Made by a program: the position numbers and the translations under genes. From positions 277,822,001 through 277,886,000 of the forward strand of contig OZ024743.1 of assembly GCA_964016885.1 (NCBI GenBank): a stretch of DNA of 64,000 bases, written 5' to 3'. Every line of letters begins with the position of its first letter. Positions within the stretch are counted from its first letter, which is position 1. Origin of the DNA: Eledone cirrhosa. Its lineage: Eukaryota. This document shows positions 40,247-52,765 of the stretch, one piece after another. The notes under the pieces were generated by a model. The model saw only the letters and a list, made by a program, of their open reading frames with translations. It did no database searches and had not been told where the DNA came from.

Positions 40247-41304
40247 CAACTAGCAGTAGAATGTAGGATTAGAACTCAGAATAATAAAGAGTCATATCAG
40301 GTACCACAAAACTTCGCATCTCACACTTTAGTTATTCTGCCAATTCACCACCGATGGATTGTTACTTTATTTACTGACACCAAAGGAATGAAAAACAAAA
40401 TTAACCTAGGTGAAAGTTGAACTAAGAGCACAATGAGCCAGAGCAAATTATCAATGATTTAATCCGTTCCTCTTCCTATTCTGTCAATCCACCTCCTTGA
40501 CGAGAACTTAACTAAAATTACTTTTCCCTAAAGTGATATCAATGAGAATAATCTAACAACAAAATAATAATAACTTATGAATATGTGCAAATTACCTATA
40601 GATAATCAAATAGAGCGTTGTGATATAGAGTGATTTCTTCAAATCGCTAAATTGTGGTATTTACACATAAAACAGAGCACTATAAGGGACATGCGCCATA
40701 CAACCAGTTGTGTGTTTTGTTATATTTGATAGTTCAGCATCACTGTTATTAGGATACATGGAAATAGTGGAACAACGTAACGCTGACACATTATTACCAA
40801 TAAGGTAAAAAACAAAACCTAGGTTACCTAAAACTATAGTGCATAGTGATCAATAGAAAGCTAAAGTAAATGCTGAAAAAGTGTTTCAGTGAATTTATAA
40901 GAGAATCTTTACACCTCGTAGATAGAAATAATATTAAAAAAACGACAACAAACACTATTGTGTTCACTCTAGCAATACAAAGCTATTGTAGTAAAATCCA
41001 GTCCTACATGAAAGGAACATACGCTTGCTGAAGAGACTGTTTATGCTGTCATCTCCTGCAGTATACACAACATGAAATACATTCAAGTAATGTGTTCTAT
41101 GATTCCTCTAGTGCTATTGCAGTTCAATATAAGTTTATGTAAAATGTTATTAATAAATCCTTTCAATGATATTATATTTCTATGTTCAAATTCATAAACA
41201 CAAAAACAAAAACATTATGAAGCGAAAAATTAAAAAAAATAACATTTCATTTATATTAGTTTTATTCCAAATGTTTCAGTTTTACACTTAACATTTTATG
41301 AAGA

Positions 41305-41545
41305 CACGCAGACTAGTGGTTAGGTGTTGGGCTCACGATAGTAATGTCGTAAGTTCGATTGCCGAATCGCGCGGCACATTGGTTCCTGATCAAAGCACTG
41401 CATTTCATGTTGCTCCAGTCACTTCAGCTGAAAACGAGTATCAAAATTAAACGGGGTTTAAACTTGCAATATACTCTCAGTAGCTTAAAGGCAATTGAAC
41501 TGGATTAAGTTGCGGCTAACCGAACCTCCAGGCTGAAATAGATTT
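41305..41545 (+). mobile_element. SINE family 2, old
   Basis: A box CTAGTGGTTAGG, B box AGTTCGATTGC, body ATTTCATGTTGCTCCAGTCACTTCAGCTG. Confidence 0.65.
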
Positions 41546-41594
41546 TACATTTAACTTACGTCACCCTTATACAGGATTCCTAGAATTCGTCAAC

Positions 41595-42235
41595 TATTGT
41601 TGTTTGGACTCGTCTTAACATTTATGGGGCAAACCAATGACCGAAGTACCCAGCCGTAAGTATTTCATCCATATAGGGATATATAGGATTACAATATGAA
41701 ATATATCCTTTCCTTTTTAAGAAAGTGAAATGTGATTACAGAAATATTTGGCTACTATTTCTAGCAATGTTGACTAATCACGTACCGACTCTCGTTTTGG
41801 TGGCAGAAAACATGATATCAGAAGCCGTACCAGTAGTGGTGTAGATAAATATGTTTCAGCATTTAATAGCAGTATTGCTTACTATTCTAGTTGTATAACC
41901 CTAGATCAACTCTTATCAGTTAGACCTATACTCAAAGGTGTTTCGGCCGTCTATAACCTAATCCTACTTTTGTGTTCAAACAAAATGTTACAACTATGTA
42001 AATTTGACTCCTGTTGTTTTCGTTTTAGGATGATGTTGTTTAGCCCCAGAGCAACTTGCACCAGCAGACCTATCGTTAAAGTCAACCCAGCCATGATCAT
42101 CCGTGGTCATCTACTCATTTTTAATGGTGTCTGTGGCTAAAGTACGTAATCTATTCTTCCATTTTAAGGTGATAATTTTTTAAAGAGAAAAAACTGGCTG
42201 CCATTTCTCGCTAGTCGAATGATCAGGTAGCGATG
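41595..42235 (+). repeat. Interspersed repeat family 3, about three degenerate tandem copies
   Basis: Recurrent GTTGTTTAGCCCCAG..CAGACCTAT..AAAG and TTGGCTGCTATTTCTAGCA. Related pieces at about 42700, 45300-45470 (minus) and 54940-55095. Confidence 0.55.
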
Positions 42236-42321
42236 GCTTCTCTTGTCGACAGAGGTGATGATTCTGTTGCTGCTATGGTAACTGTATTTGTAGGTGTTGT
42301 CGTTATTATTTTACGGTAGCA

Positions 42322-42540
42322 TAGGATGGTATATTGACAGTAACGGTAGGGCGCCGGATACCCTACTTCGCGGCATGCAGTTACGACCCTTTACGTTCTG
42401 AGTTCAAATCTCGCTGAAGTTAGCTTTGCTTTTCATCCTTACAGGGTCGATAAAATAAAGTACCAGTAATGCACTGGAATCGATTTAATTGACTTTCCTC
42501 TCCCCTATAAATTGTTGGCATTGTGCCTAAATTCAGAAAC
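42322..42540 (+). mobile_element. SINE family 1, long-tail variant
   Basis: Consensus match. Confidence 0.88.
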
Positions 42541-43087
42541 GTTTACTTTACGGTAGTATGCTGGACAAAATGTATTGTGGTATTTAGTTACATTCCTTTA
42601 TCTTCTGAATTTAAACACTGACGTAGCCATAACGTCTTAATTCCAATCTGCGGGGAATAGAGATCCACATTTCCCAATGTATCCTTCAATTAGAAGTAGA
42701 TTTAACTGCTATTTCTAGGAGGTTATTGCATCGCTGACATTGCTGTATTTGATCTGGGCAGTTACAGTAACGGGTAATACAGTATTAATGGCAATCGTCG
42801 TTGTCATGGTGCTAACAATGAGTGTATTTATTTTGATTTTTTATTTTATTTTATTTTATTTTACTCTATTTTATTTTATATATTTGTTTTGCTTTGTTAG
42901 TGTGTTTGTTTGTTTTTCCTGCTATCGTACTCAGATCACCGCTTGTCTGTGTGTCGCTTTGCGATATGAAATGTGTTCATATCAAAAGAGAAAATATATT
43001 GCCGATGGCTAGTGAAGCGAGAAAAGTCGAAGCGAAATTTATTCTGACATTAGTAAATGTTATTGGCCAAGAAAAGAGCTATCTTGT

Positions 43088-43132
<45 letters not shown>

Positions 43133-43336
43133 TATGTGTGTGTGTATATATATATGTATATACATATATATATAAATATATATATAAATATATATATACA
43201 TATATGTATGTATATATATCTATATATATATATATATATATGTATGTATATATGTCTATAAATATGTATGTATATATACATATAAATATTTGTGTACATG
43301 TATACGTCTATAGATTGATGTCTATGTCTCCAGTCC

Positions 43337-43367
<31 letters not shown>

Positions 43368-43394
43368 TCTCTCTCTCTTTCTATATATATATAC

Positions 43395-43426
<32 letters not shown>

Positions 43427-43773
43427 CTACCTCCTCATTCTTTTACTTCTTCACTTTGTCATAATTATTGATTGATTGCTTATTGATTTCTCACATTGGC
43501 ACGAGGACACGAATATTTAGTTGAAGTAGTTATATTGTCTATTGAATCGACTTCTGTACACTACTGCTACTATATAGTTTTCCTTAGTCTCACAATGATA
43601 AACGTCTCACAAAGTTGCACCACTACACCCATGGCGGAGAAAGTTAAATTGTGAGTGTTTGTTTCATATGGTCTAATTATTGCTGAATGAGAGCATCACT
43701 AGTCTCCTCAGCTATGGATCTTAATCTAGATGAAGCAGACATGTTGAAGGAGTAATTAATAAGCAAAGGCGAT

Positions 43774-44168
43774 TATAAGGGCCTGCTGAAAATTTCATAG
43801 GTTGACCAAGATACTCTCATGGAAGGACCAAATAAGGTTTATTATTCAATTTAATAAGAGCGGTGTATTGGTAGTATCGGTAGAGGGTCGGACGCCATGC
43901 TTTGCAGCTTAGAGTTACGCCTCTTTACGGTCTGAGTTCAAATCCCGCCGAGGTTAACTTTGCCTTTCATCCTTACGGGGTCGATAAAATAAAGTACCAG
44001 TAATACACTGGGTAATTGCTGGCCTTGTGCCAAAAGTAGAAACAATTATTCAACATAATTCATGGAAAGTGATTAATATGAAAAGTTGAAATTAATGCTT
44101 GCAAAATTTCACAGCTCTAGCATTTATCCATCATAATCAGCCTATGAACCTTTAAGGGAAATTTTGTA
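43774..44168. mobile_element. Probable mariner-type MITE interrupted by a SINE
   Basis: Left end TATAAGGGCCTGCTGAAAATTTCATAGGTTGA against right end TCAGCCTATGAACCTTTAAGGGAAATTTTGTA. TA flanks. Confidence 0.5.
43860..44049 (+). mobile_element. SINE family 1, near-consensus copy
   Basis: Consensus match. ATTATTCAA on both sides. Confidence 0.93.
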
Positions 44169-44485
44169 TCATCATCATCATCATCATCATTATTACCATC
44201 GTCGTCGTCAACATCACCAACATCATAATCGTCATCATCCTCATCATCATCATCATCATCATCATCATCGTCGTCATCATCATCATTGTCGTCATCACGA
44301 TCATCAACGTTGTCGTCGTTATCATCGTTACCGCAGTGTTAATCAACATTTCCATCATAATCCCCATCACCCTCATCATCATCATCAACATCATCATCAT
44401 TGTCATTTCCACCGTCACATTCTTCAATCTCATCATCGATGTTGTCAACGTTCTCGTCATCATCATCATTAATATTATCATCATC
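44168..44485. repeat. (CAT/CGT)n degenerate microsatellite
   Basis: Read directly. Confidence 0.95.
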
Positions 44486-45502
44486 TTGCACTACACTTTA
44501 CCAGGGCCTTTGCAATCACGTTCTTTCGATGCGATTCTAGCGAAAGTCAAACCTCTTACATCATTGGAGTTAAGGCTGATATACTTTTTGATCTTGCCAA
44601 TATCCCTTTTGTCCTATGTTTACCTTTACCTAAAGAACGGCTTGCTTCAACTGTCATCGAACACAGTACATTCCAGTTTGTCGTCTGTTATATATATGTG
44701 GTCCAAATTGAATTCCTAGTTGGATCCATTTCACAATTCTTACGTCACTAATGGTTTTGCGAAAAGCATGAAGCTTGCGTAATCTCGTTTGCTTTCCATT
44801 GTAGGTCTCGTGCCTTGTGAGTATGTAAGAAATCATTTGTACGTATATCCTTTGTAGTATATGAACGCGTCGCTTCACACAGCTGTAGAATACTTTGATT
44901 TTGTTTTAAGAAGAAGCGTAAGATGTGGTGTTCTTTAGAAGAATTGTTGAAGATAATTCAATAAAATTCAGTTCAGTTTGTTTTCAAATAAAGTGATGAA
45001 TACAACGAAAATATATAATGTATGCCATGTTGCAGCGGCAACAGCAACAGCAACAATAATAGTGATGGTTTCTAATTTAGGCACATGGTCAGCAGTTTAA
45101 GGGAAGGAGAAATAAACGATTAAATCGACCTTAGTGCTTGACTGGTATTTAATTTACCAGCCCCATATAAAAGACGATAACTTCGTGGGGATATTAATCC
45201 AGAATTTAAAGCACCGTAACTAGATACTGCATAACATTTCATCCATCGTTCTAACGATGCTGATAAGGCACCTTAATAACGACAAAACAAGTCGCATAAA
45301 CAAGGCCACCTCACCTGAACTCTTGGTCAACATGAAATAGCAAACAAACAACTAAAAAATAACACCTTTCAATATCCCAGATGGAAAGGTACGTTGGATG
45401 TAGGTCTAGAAACCCCTATATAGGATCGCACACAAAACAAGGTGAGTAATTACGAATGCTTTACTAATATCAAAATCTAAATGAAAAACTTATTTATACA
45501 CT

Positions 45503-47570
45503 TTTGGATGGCCGTTGACTCTTATGACTTCTTCCGCTCTTTGTCAGGTTTTGTTTTTTGTCCTGCAGAGTGTCCAAAATCACCCTCCTCACCAGGTAAA
45601 CTTGGTGGGGTTGCCCGTTTAGTCGCCGACGACCCGACCATGCGACAGGTTGTACTGGGCTACATGTTACCAGTAGCACTCAAGAGTTACCCGACATAAT
45701 ACATACATACATTCATACATACATACATACATACATACATACATACATACATACATACATACATACATACATACGTACATACATGGTGGCTGCTAACTCG
45801 TTTTCGAGTACGGCCACTACTTTATATCCATGTAGGAGAACCCCTACCGATGCGCTGAACGAGTGTGACTTTTTAGTCCAGCCAGCGACTTGAAAACTCT
45901 GGTACAAACACTACACTTGTGACAATTATTGACACATAGTGCTGGGCCCACGGTACCATGTGACGACAAGTGCAGAGAGATCTCCAGATATAAAGCAATG
46001 CCTGTGCCGTGAAGCTTTTATAGTGAGCAAAGGCACTGCACAAAGCCAGTCCCACTCTCTTAACCAAGATGATATTTACCGAAAAGAAGAACAAGTGAAC
46101 ATCATTGGATACCATCAGAGTTGCAGGTGTTATGTCAGAGTTTTCCTTCTCCTAGAATTCTGCCTTGACAAAGGCTAAGGGGTCATCTCTCCCGGTGATT
46201 TTGGATGGCCATTGACTCTTAAGAGCTCCTTTGCCCTTTGACAGGTTTTGTTTTTAGTCCTGCAGGATGTCCAAAGTGACCCTCCTCACCAAGAAACTTT
46301 GGTAGGGTTGCCAGTTTAGTCGCCAACGACCCGACCATGAGACAGGTTGTACTGGGATACATGTTACCAGTAGCACCAAGTGGTGACCTGACATACATAC
46401 ACACATACATACATACATACATACATACATACATACACACACATACGTACGGAACCACAAACGCACGCACACATACATACATACATACATACATACATAC
46501 ATACATGGTGGCTGCCAACTCGTTTTCGAGTACGGCCACTACTTTATATCCATGTAGGAGAACCCCTACCGATGCGCTGAACGAGTGTGACTTTTTAGTC
46601 CAGCCAACGACCTGAAAACTCTGGTACAAACACTACACTTGTGACAATTATTGACACATAGTGCTGGGCCCACGGTACCATGTGACGACAAGTGCAGAGA
46701 GATCTCCAGATATAAAGCAATGCCTGTGCCGTGAAGCTTTTATAGTGAGCAAAGGCACTGCACAAAGCCAGTCCCACTCTCTTAACCAAGATGATATTTA
46801 CCAAAAAGAAGAACAAGTCAACATCATTTGATACCATCAGGGTTGCAGGTGTTATATCAGAGTTTTCGTTCTCCTAGAATTCTGCCTTGACAAAGGCTAA
46901 GGGGTCATCTCTCCCGGTGATTTTGGATGGCCATTGACTCTTAAGAGCTCCTTTGCCCTTTGACAGGTTTTGTTTTTAGTCCTGCAGGATGTCCAAAGTC
47001 ACCCTCCTCACCAAGAAACCTTGGTGGGGTTGCCAGTTTAGTCGCCAACGACCCGACCATGAGTCAACGACCCGACCAATATACATGCATACATACATAC
47101 ATACATACATACATACATACATACATACATACATACATACATACATACATACATACATACATACATACTTGATAGTTGCAAACTCTGTTAAGAGTATTGC
47201 AATCGCTTGTCAGATTACAGAAAATGATACTCTTTTAGGCTACGGTCAGGCACACAAACCAGTAACATATCCTGAACAAGTAATGCCTGTGTTTTGAAGG
47301 TTTTTAAAGTGTGGAAAAGCCTTGCACTCGACCATTGCACTCTGAGTATTGAAAACACTACTCGAAAAGGAGAACTGGTCAACATCATCGGATGCTTCCG
47401 AAGCCGCAGGTTTTTTTCATTGTTTCCTTGCTTGGTGGGGAGAGTGATATTTGGACACTCTGCAGGATGAAATACAAGACCCGGCAAAGGGCGGAGGAAC
47501 TCAGCAGGGCCAACGGCCATCCAAATAGTACTTTTTTTTTCCCTGGGTGTGAAAGGCCCCTAGTTGTTGT
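45503..47570 (-). mobile_element. Array of a non-coding retroelement of about 610 bp (RTE 5'UTR-like) separated by (TACA)n
   Basis: Near-identical units at 45784-46391 and 46506-47080, a partial at 45503-45695, and a diverged relative at 47169-47570. Motif CTAGGAGAAGGAAAACTCTGA on minus. Confidence 0.75.
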
Positions 47571-47599
47571 CACATACATACATATATACATACATACAT

Positions 47600-48250
47600 G
47601 TTCACAAAAAAAAAGTGGTCATAGAAATGGGTTCAGAAGTATCTCCCATCTTTTCTTTGTTAATGTCCTGAAGTTGTATGGGTCAGATACCAACTATATA
47701 AAAACAAAATTGGACCTCATTACATAATTTTCTGCAGACACGATGTGATACCTAGAACCATCTGGAATGCACTAAGGTAAACAAAATTAAAAACAAATGA
47801 GGAATATGTTGAGATAGATTGCACTAAGGAATACTGGTGGAAACCTGAAAATAAAACCTGCCACCAAATTAAAGCACAACCGGCCTGATATTGTTGTTTG
47901 GGACCACACATTGAAAACGTGCCCTGTTGTAGAGATCAGCTGCCCACTTGATGTCAACGTTGTAAGAAAAATACAAGAGGACATCTACGGACCATTGATG
48001 AGGAGATCCAGTATCCAAGATACACTTTCAGCTTCATACCCATTATTATTGAAGCTACAGGTTATATACCAATCTGCTAGGACCAAGGTATGACTGAACT
48101 TGGATTTGTGGACAAATAACGCAACTCTCTAATTCATAGACTACAAATGGCCGCGATAGCTGGCACCTTCAAAATTTATTTTCTTTTACAACCTTGCCAC
48201 TAGGAAGGTGGCCGGTCAAAAATGTACTCGGAATTAAGATAAAAGGAAAC
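47600..48250 (+). mobile_element. 3' fragment of an RLE-type non-LTR retrotransposon (R4/Dong-like)
   Basis: RHD, EYWW, HNRPDIVVWD...CPVVEISCPLDVNV..K, IPIII.ATG. Followed by TACA-like repeats. Confidence 0.85.
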
Positions 48251-48282
48251 ATTCATACATACATACATATATACATACATAC

Positions 48283-48625
48283 CCGATATAATAACACTCC
48301 AGATATAGTGATATGGGACAGGAAAAGAAGGCTTATGAAATACTGGAAATCATCTGCCCAGCAGATGTTAATATAATGTTAAAGATCAACGGAAAGGAGA
48401 ACATTTATGCCGAACAAATGAAGAACCTGCAAATACTCCACCCAGACTATGCCGTTATATCTATACATGCAATCATTGGGGTGTGTTGCTAACTGCTACA
48501 GTACAGATCAAGAGAATTTGGGTTTTTCAGAATCAGGAAGAGCATGACTAATTAAGAAATTACAAGTACAATTCATTAATGGAATTGTAAAAATAAGTAA
48601 AACATTCCAGAAATTTAGCATGTAA
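48283..48625 (+). mobile_element. Second RLE-type LINE 3' fragment
   Basis: NTPDIVIWDR, ILEIICPADVNIMLKINGKENIY, KKLQVQFINGIVKISKTF. Confidence 0.83.
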
Positions 48626-48850
48626 TAACTACATATACACGTATAGATATAGAAACTTGTGAATATGTGCTCATATAACTCAACACATACAGATCCACAC
48701 ATGCAGTACCATCCATACACACGCACACACAAACACATACAAGCATAGATACATAATTACCTGGTAGATGTCTAAATTCCAACGAAAGAAACTTGTTTCT
48801 CTGTTAGAATTCGGTCCACTCTTTCTCTCTCTATTGGCGAATATTAAAAT

Positions 48851-49279
48851 AATGGTTTGTTATATAGGCACAAGGCCAGCAATTTGGGGGCGGGGAAAGG
48901 TGATTAAATCGACCCCAGTGCGTGACTGGACCTTTACTTTATCAATCCCGTAAGGATGAAAGACAAAGTTAACCTCGGCTGGATTTGAATTCAGATCATA
49001 AAGGGCTGCAAAGCATGGTGTCTGACGCTCTACCCATAATGCTAATCCAGCGTCCTTTAAAATAAAGATTTCTAGTATAGGCACAAGGCCAGCAATTTGG
49101 GGGCGGGGAAAGGTGATTAAATCGACCCCAGTGCGTGACTGGACCTTTACTTTATCGACCCTGTAAGGATGAAAGGCAAAGTCAACCTCGGCGGGATTTG
49201 AACTCAGATCGTAAAGGGATGTAACTATGCTGGAAAGCATGGCGTCCGACCCTCTACCGATACTGCCAATCCACCGCCC
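48851..49279 (-). mobile_element. Two tandem SINE family 1 copies sharing private variants
   Basis: Both carry GGGGCGGGGAAAGGTGATTAAATCGACCCCAGTGCGTGACTGGACC. Confidence 0.9.
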
Positions 49280-49754
49280 TTTAAAATAATAATAATAAAA
49301 CCAAATACATACATACTTCCAATTCCTCCCACTCCTTACCAGCAAATATATTTATGTTATTGAAACAGACCAGCTATGTATATAGATATATAAGTAAGCA
49401 TACAGATCAGAAGGAAAGGTAAATTATAAACAGTAAATAGTTATAATTTAAACTATAAATTAATAAAACAGTAAAATGAAACAATACAACGGAGAAAATA
49501 CAGTAACAGATGTTGAACAGAATAAGCAGAATAACATCAAGCTTAATGGATTGATGTAAATGTTAAGTTAAGGTGGAAATAATATTGAACAAATTTGGTT
49601 ACCTAGAGTGGAATTACATGGAAATTCTCGCAACATGTTGATTTGTGGATTACTTGGTACCCATGGTCGAGTCATGACGCCACATTCGGTTAAACCATGG
49701 ATAGTGTAAACTATAGTCTAAATTTTAAACTAGACGTACGGACTGACTGCTGCA

Positions 49755-49818
49755 TAGATAGGTAGATAGATAGGTAGATAGGTAGATGTATATATAGATA
49801 GATAGCTTGATAGAGAGT

Positions 49819-49902
<84 letters not shown>
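49755..49902. repeat. (GATA)n microsatellite
   Basis: Read directly. Confidence 0.98.
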
Positions 49903-49903
<1 letters not shown>

Positions 49904-50275
49904 TTATTTGCCACAAGGGCGCACAAGAAAAGGAGACAATACAAAGAAGACACATGCCGGGGATTTTACATACAGTCGTGTAAAAAAAAAACAAAAAAAA
50001 AACAATTATAACAATCGAAATCCCCAATAGGGGAGATACGCCACAAATGGGTTGTTTAATACCCCGTCGATAGAACAACCCTCAGCGTGTTGTGCAAGTG
50101 TTCCCTTCTTCCTTTTGCTCTCTTCTTTAACCTACAGGCTTATAAACAGAGAAAGCCTAATCACTCGGACCATTTTCGCTTCATCCACCCACCTTTCAGT
50201 AAATTTACTGGGGTGCAGTGCCTCTCTCTCCACTCTGATTCATCTTCTAAAGTGATACTTAAAGAAGGGAATCAA
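49903..50275 (-). mobile_element. Tx1 copy 3, heavily 5'-truncated (ORF2 end plus 3'UTR)
   Basis: FKYHFRR*IRVEREALHPSKFTERWV...SLFISL* and the end GCCCTTGTGGCAAATAAAT match copy 2. Confidence 0.9.
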
Positions 50276-50490
50276 TAGATAGACAGGTAGATATAAGCGA
50301 TTAAGCAGAATCATTAAACTATCAGATTATATATCTCGGTTTCGATCCTATATACAAATGTACGTACACGTACCTCCATACGAATATATACACATGCATG
50401 CTGAAATACATACATACATCTATACACACATATTCTTATGTGATGCTGTAGCGGACCAGCTATCTGTGGAGATTTTTAAAACTAAAATAA

Positions 50491-50822
50491 ATAACTGTTT
50501 CTACTTTTGGCACAAGGCCAGCAATTTCCCAGTGTATTACTGGTACTTTATTTTATCGACCCCGTAAGGATGGAAGGCAAAGTTAACCTCGGCGGGATTT
50601 GAACTCAGAATGGCAAGGGCCGTAACTCTATGCGTCAAAGCATGGCGTCCGACCCTCTACCGATACTGCCAAATAAATAACGTTTTCTGATTTAGGTACT
50701 AGGCCAACAATTATGGGGATGGGTAAATTCAATTAAATCGCCCCAATGCGTTACTGGTATTTCATATTATCAATTCCCTAAGGATGAAAAGCAACGCTCG
50801 TCTCAGTGGGGTTGAACGCAGA
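50491..50822 (-). mobile_element. Young SINE family 1 copy inserted at the tail of an older one
   Basis: 50491-50672 is flanked by AAATAAATAAC. Older copy at 50680-50822. Confidence 0.88.
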
Positions 50823-50897
50823 ACACAATATTATTTCATACGAAGGAAACAGTTCTAGTCCTATCGGATTCATTTAATGTCTTATATATATATATCT

Positions 50898-50976
50898 TAG
50901 TTCTTAGGTTTTTCCGCGCCGTTCGGCGCATCGAGCAGTAAGTACTCGCCAACGGTCACGATCTGAGGCGGCTTTG

Positions 50977-50978
<2 letters not shown>
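50898..50978 (-). mobile_element. RTE-type LINE extreme 3' end
   Basis: AASDRDRWRVLT (AxDRxxWR C-terminal motif) followed by a CTAAGAACTAAG tail. Confidence 0.6.
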
Positions 50979-51037
<59 letters not shown>

Positions 51038-51042
51038 GTGTG

Positions 51043-51088
<46 letters not shown>

Positions 51089-51574
51089 ACAGCCTACTGA
51101 TACGTTGAGCTTTGTTTTAAAGCTCAAGTCACATAATACAGAAGGAGTCTGTGTTCCTATCTGTATGTCTGCGAACCGTCAGCTTGAAATTAATTTCATT
51201 GTTTCTTATTCATTCCTTATTTCTTCTGCCCTCTCTCCCGTTCTCTCCATTATACGACTATTTTTTTCATATTTTTGATTCTATTTTTCATCTCTATGTT
51301 TCTAACATATTTTTCTTTTCTAGATTATATAATTTTTATTTTTCTCAAAATTCGAACGGAAGTGGAGTGACTTTGAACGGAAGTACAAAATACTTAATTC
51401 TGGTGAAGAAATATGTGAACAAAAATATGATATAAATCATATATGAAAGTTATTCTTGTTGTAATTATTGTTCTTGTTTTTCTTATATTTTATTTTCTAC
51501 CCTTGGTCTGATTTTTATTTGTTATTATATTCGTTTTTCTCTTCATCTGAATTAAGAAAGTTGATGCTATTACT

Positions 51575-52245
51575 GTAGACTTTACCGAGTAAGATTAACA
51601 AGGAGATTCACTTATAATTTGAGCTATCTTTCTTGTCTCCGTTTTGAAATTTGGGATTATCACTCCTGATTGCCATTGCTTAGGTGTCTTTCTAGAACGA
51701 TTCAGCCAGAGTATACCTTCTCGATTTAAGGCTTTTAACATCGCGCCCGAATTTCATCCTCCCCAGAGGTCTTGTCACATTTGAGCGTTTTAATTATTCT
51801 GGTGATCCTAGCCTCCGAGGGGTTAGACATCGCTCCCAGCTGCACCTTATATACATCAGAATATGTGACAGGATTTAGGAGATCAGCAAAATATTCTCTC
51901 CATCTCACGAAGCTGCACCTATTTTTAGAGAGGATAACCCCAGTTGGGTTCCTGGCAGAAGGCATGGGAGGACTTTTTATTACAAAGTTGGTGGATGGTT
52001 TGGTAAATACTTTCTTTGCTAAATTTCTGGCAAAAAGATGTAGGGATATTGACGTGTCCAAGCTAGCTGACGAAAAATGTGGATTTCGGCTCGAACGCAG
52101 AGCAGCCGACCAAATATTCACAGAGGCAGGTCTTCCAGAAATCTTGGGAGTATTGCCAAGAGCTGTATGCTTGATTCGTAGACCTCAAAAAGGCAATATG
52201 ACCGTGTTTTAGGGGACGTGTTGCGGAAAGTTCTGCAGGCTCTCA
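51575..52245. mobile_element. RTE-clade RT fragment with an inverted 5' part
   Basis: Minus 51945-51575: RWREYFADLLN, SGEDEI, WQSGVIIP, NYK*ISLL..LGKVY. Plus from about 52002: AKFLAKR, KCGFR, DQIFT, FVDLKKA. Confidence 0.82.
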
Positions 52246-52269
52246 GCTGACACCATCGTGTATATTGCT

Positions 52270-52765
52270 TGGCCATCTTCTTTTGGCCGGCAAGGACGGG
52301 AGGTCTTCTTTTGTCTGGTGGCTGTAGCGAAAGAGGTTGTGTGGTAGACACGACTGAAATGATTGAAGACTGACACATTCCTTTTCGGCGAAGTCCTAAT
52401 CAACTTTTTTCAAGTTCCACTTGGAACGGAAAGTGAGGGTGGAGAAGGAATTCTCCCTGCCACAATGCATTTGTTGCAAAGTGGGTGAAGGCAGTGAGGA
52501 AGGCCCGAGTGATTGGGCCTACTCTGAGTAGAGGGGGAACGTCTTAGAGTCCTCTTGGTAATTAGGATGGTTTCGGATTCGTGGGGTTCCTAAACTACTT
52601 CTAGGTGATGTGTCCCCCCCCCCCATACTGAGAGTTCTGTTGTTAATTATTTATTGTTAATTGTTACATATTTTCCTTTTTGTACACGTTTTTATGTAAA
52701 TCTTAACTGTCCATGTTCTTTTGTATTGTCCTTTAAATTTCGGCCCAATAGACAATAAAGAAAGA
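52270..52765 (+). mobile_element. Tx1 copy 4 (different subfamily), 3' fragment
   Basis: LVAVAKEVVW*TRLK..KTDTFL, KFHLERKVRVE, KWVK..RKARVIGP. AATAAA followed by GAAAGAA. Confidence 0.85.

Noticed and set aside
41027-41060. CTGAAGA followed by a short stem
   Set aside because: No GAAA after stem II.
44152-44484. His-rich or Met-rich ORFs
   Set aside because: (CAT)n microsatellite.
45503-47168. Repeat-spacer pattern and duplicated 80-aa ORF (MVSNDV...)
   Set aside because: The spacers are TACA microsatellites. The ORF has no motif and is shared only because the units are near-identical.
50908-50937. 30-nt microexon (TAG|...|GTAAGT) on plus
   Set aside because: Better explained as an RTE 3' end on the minus strand.
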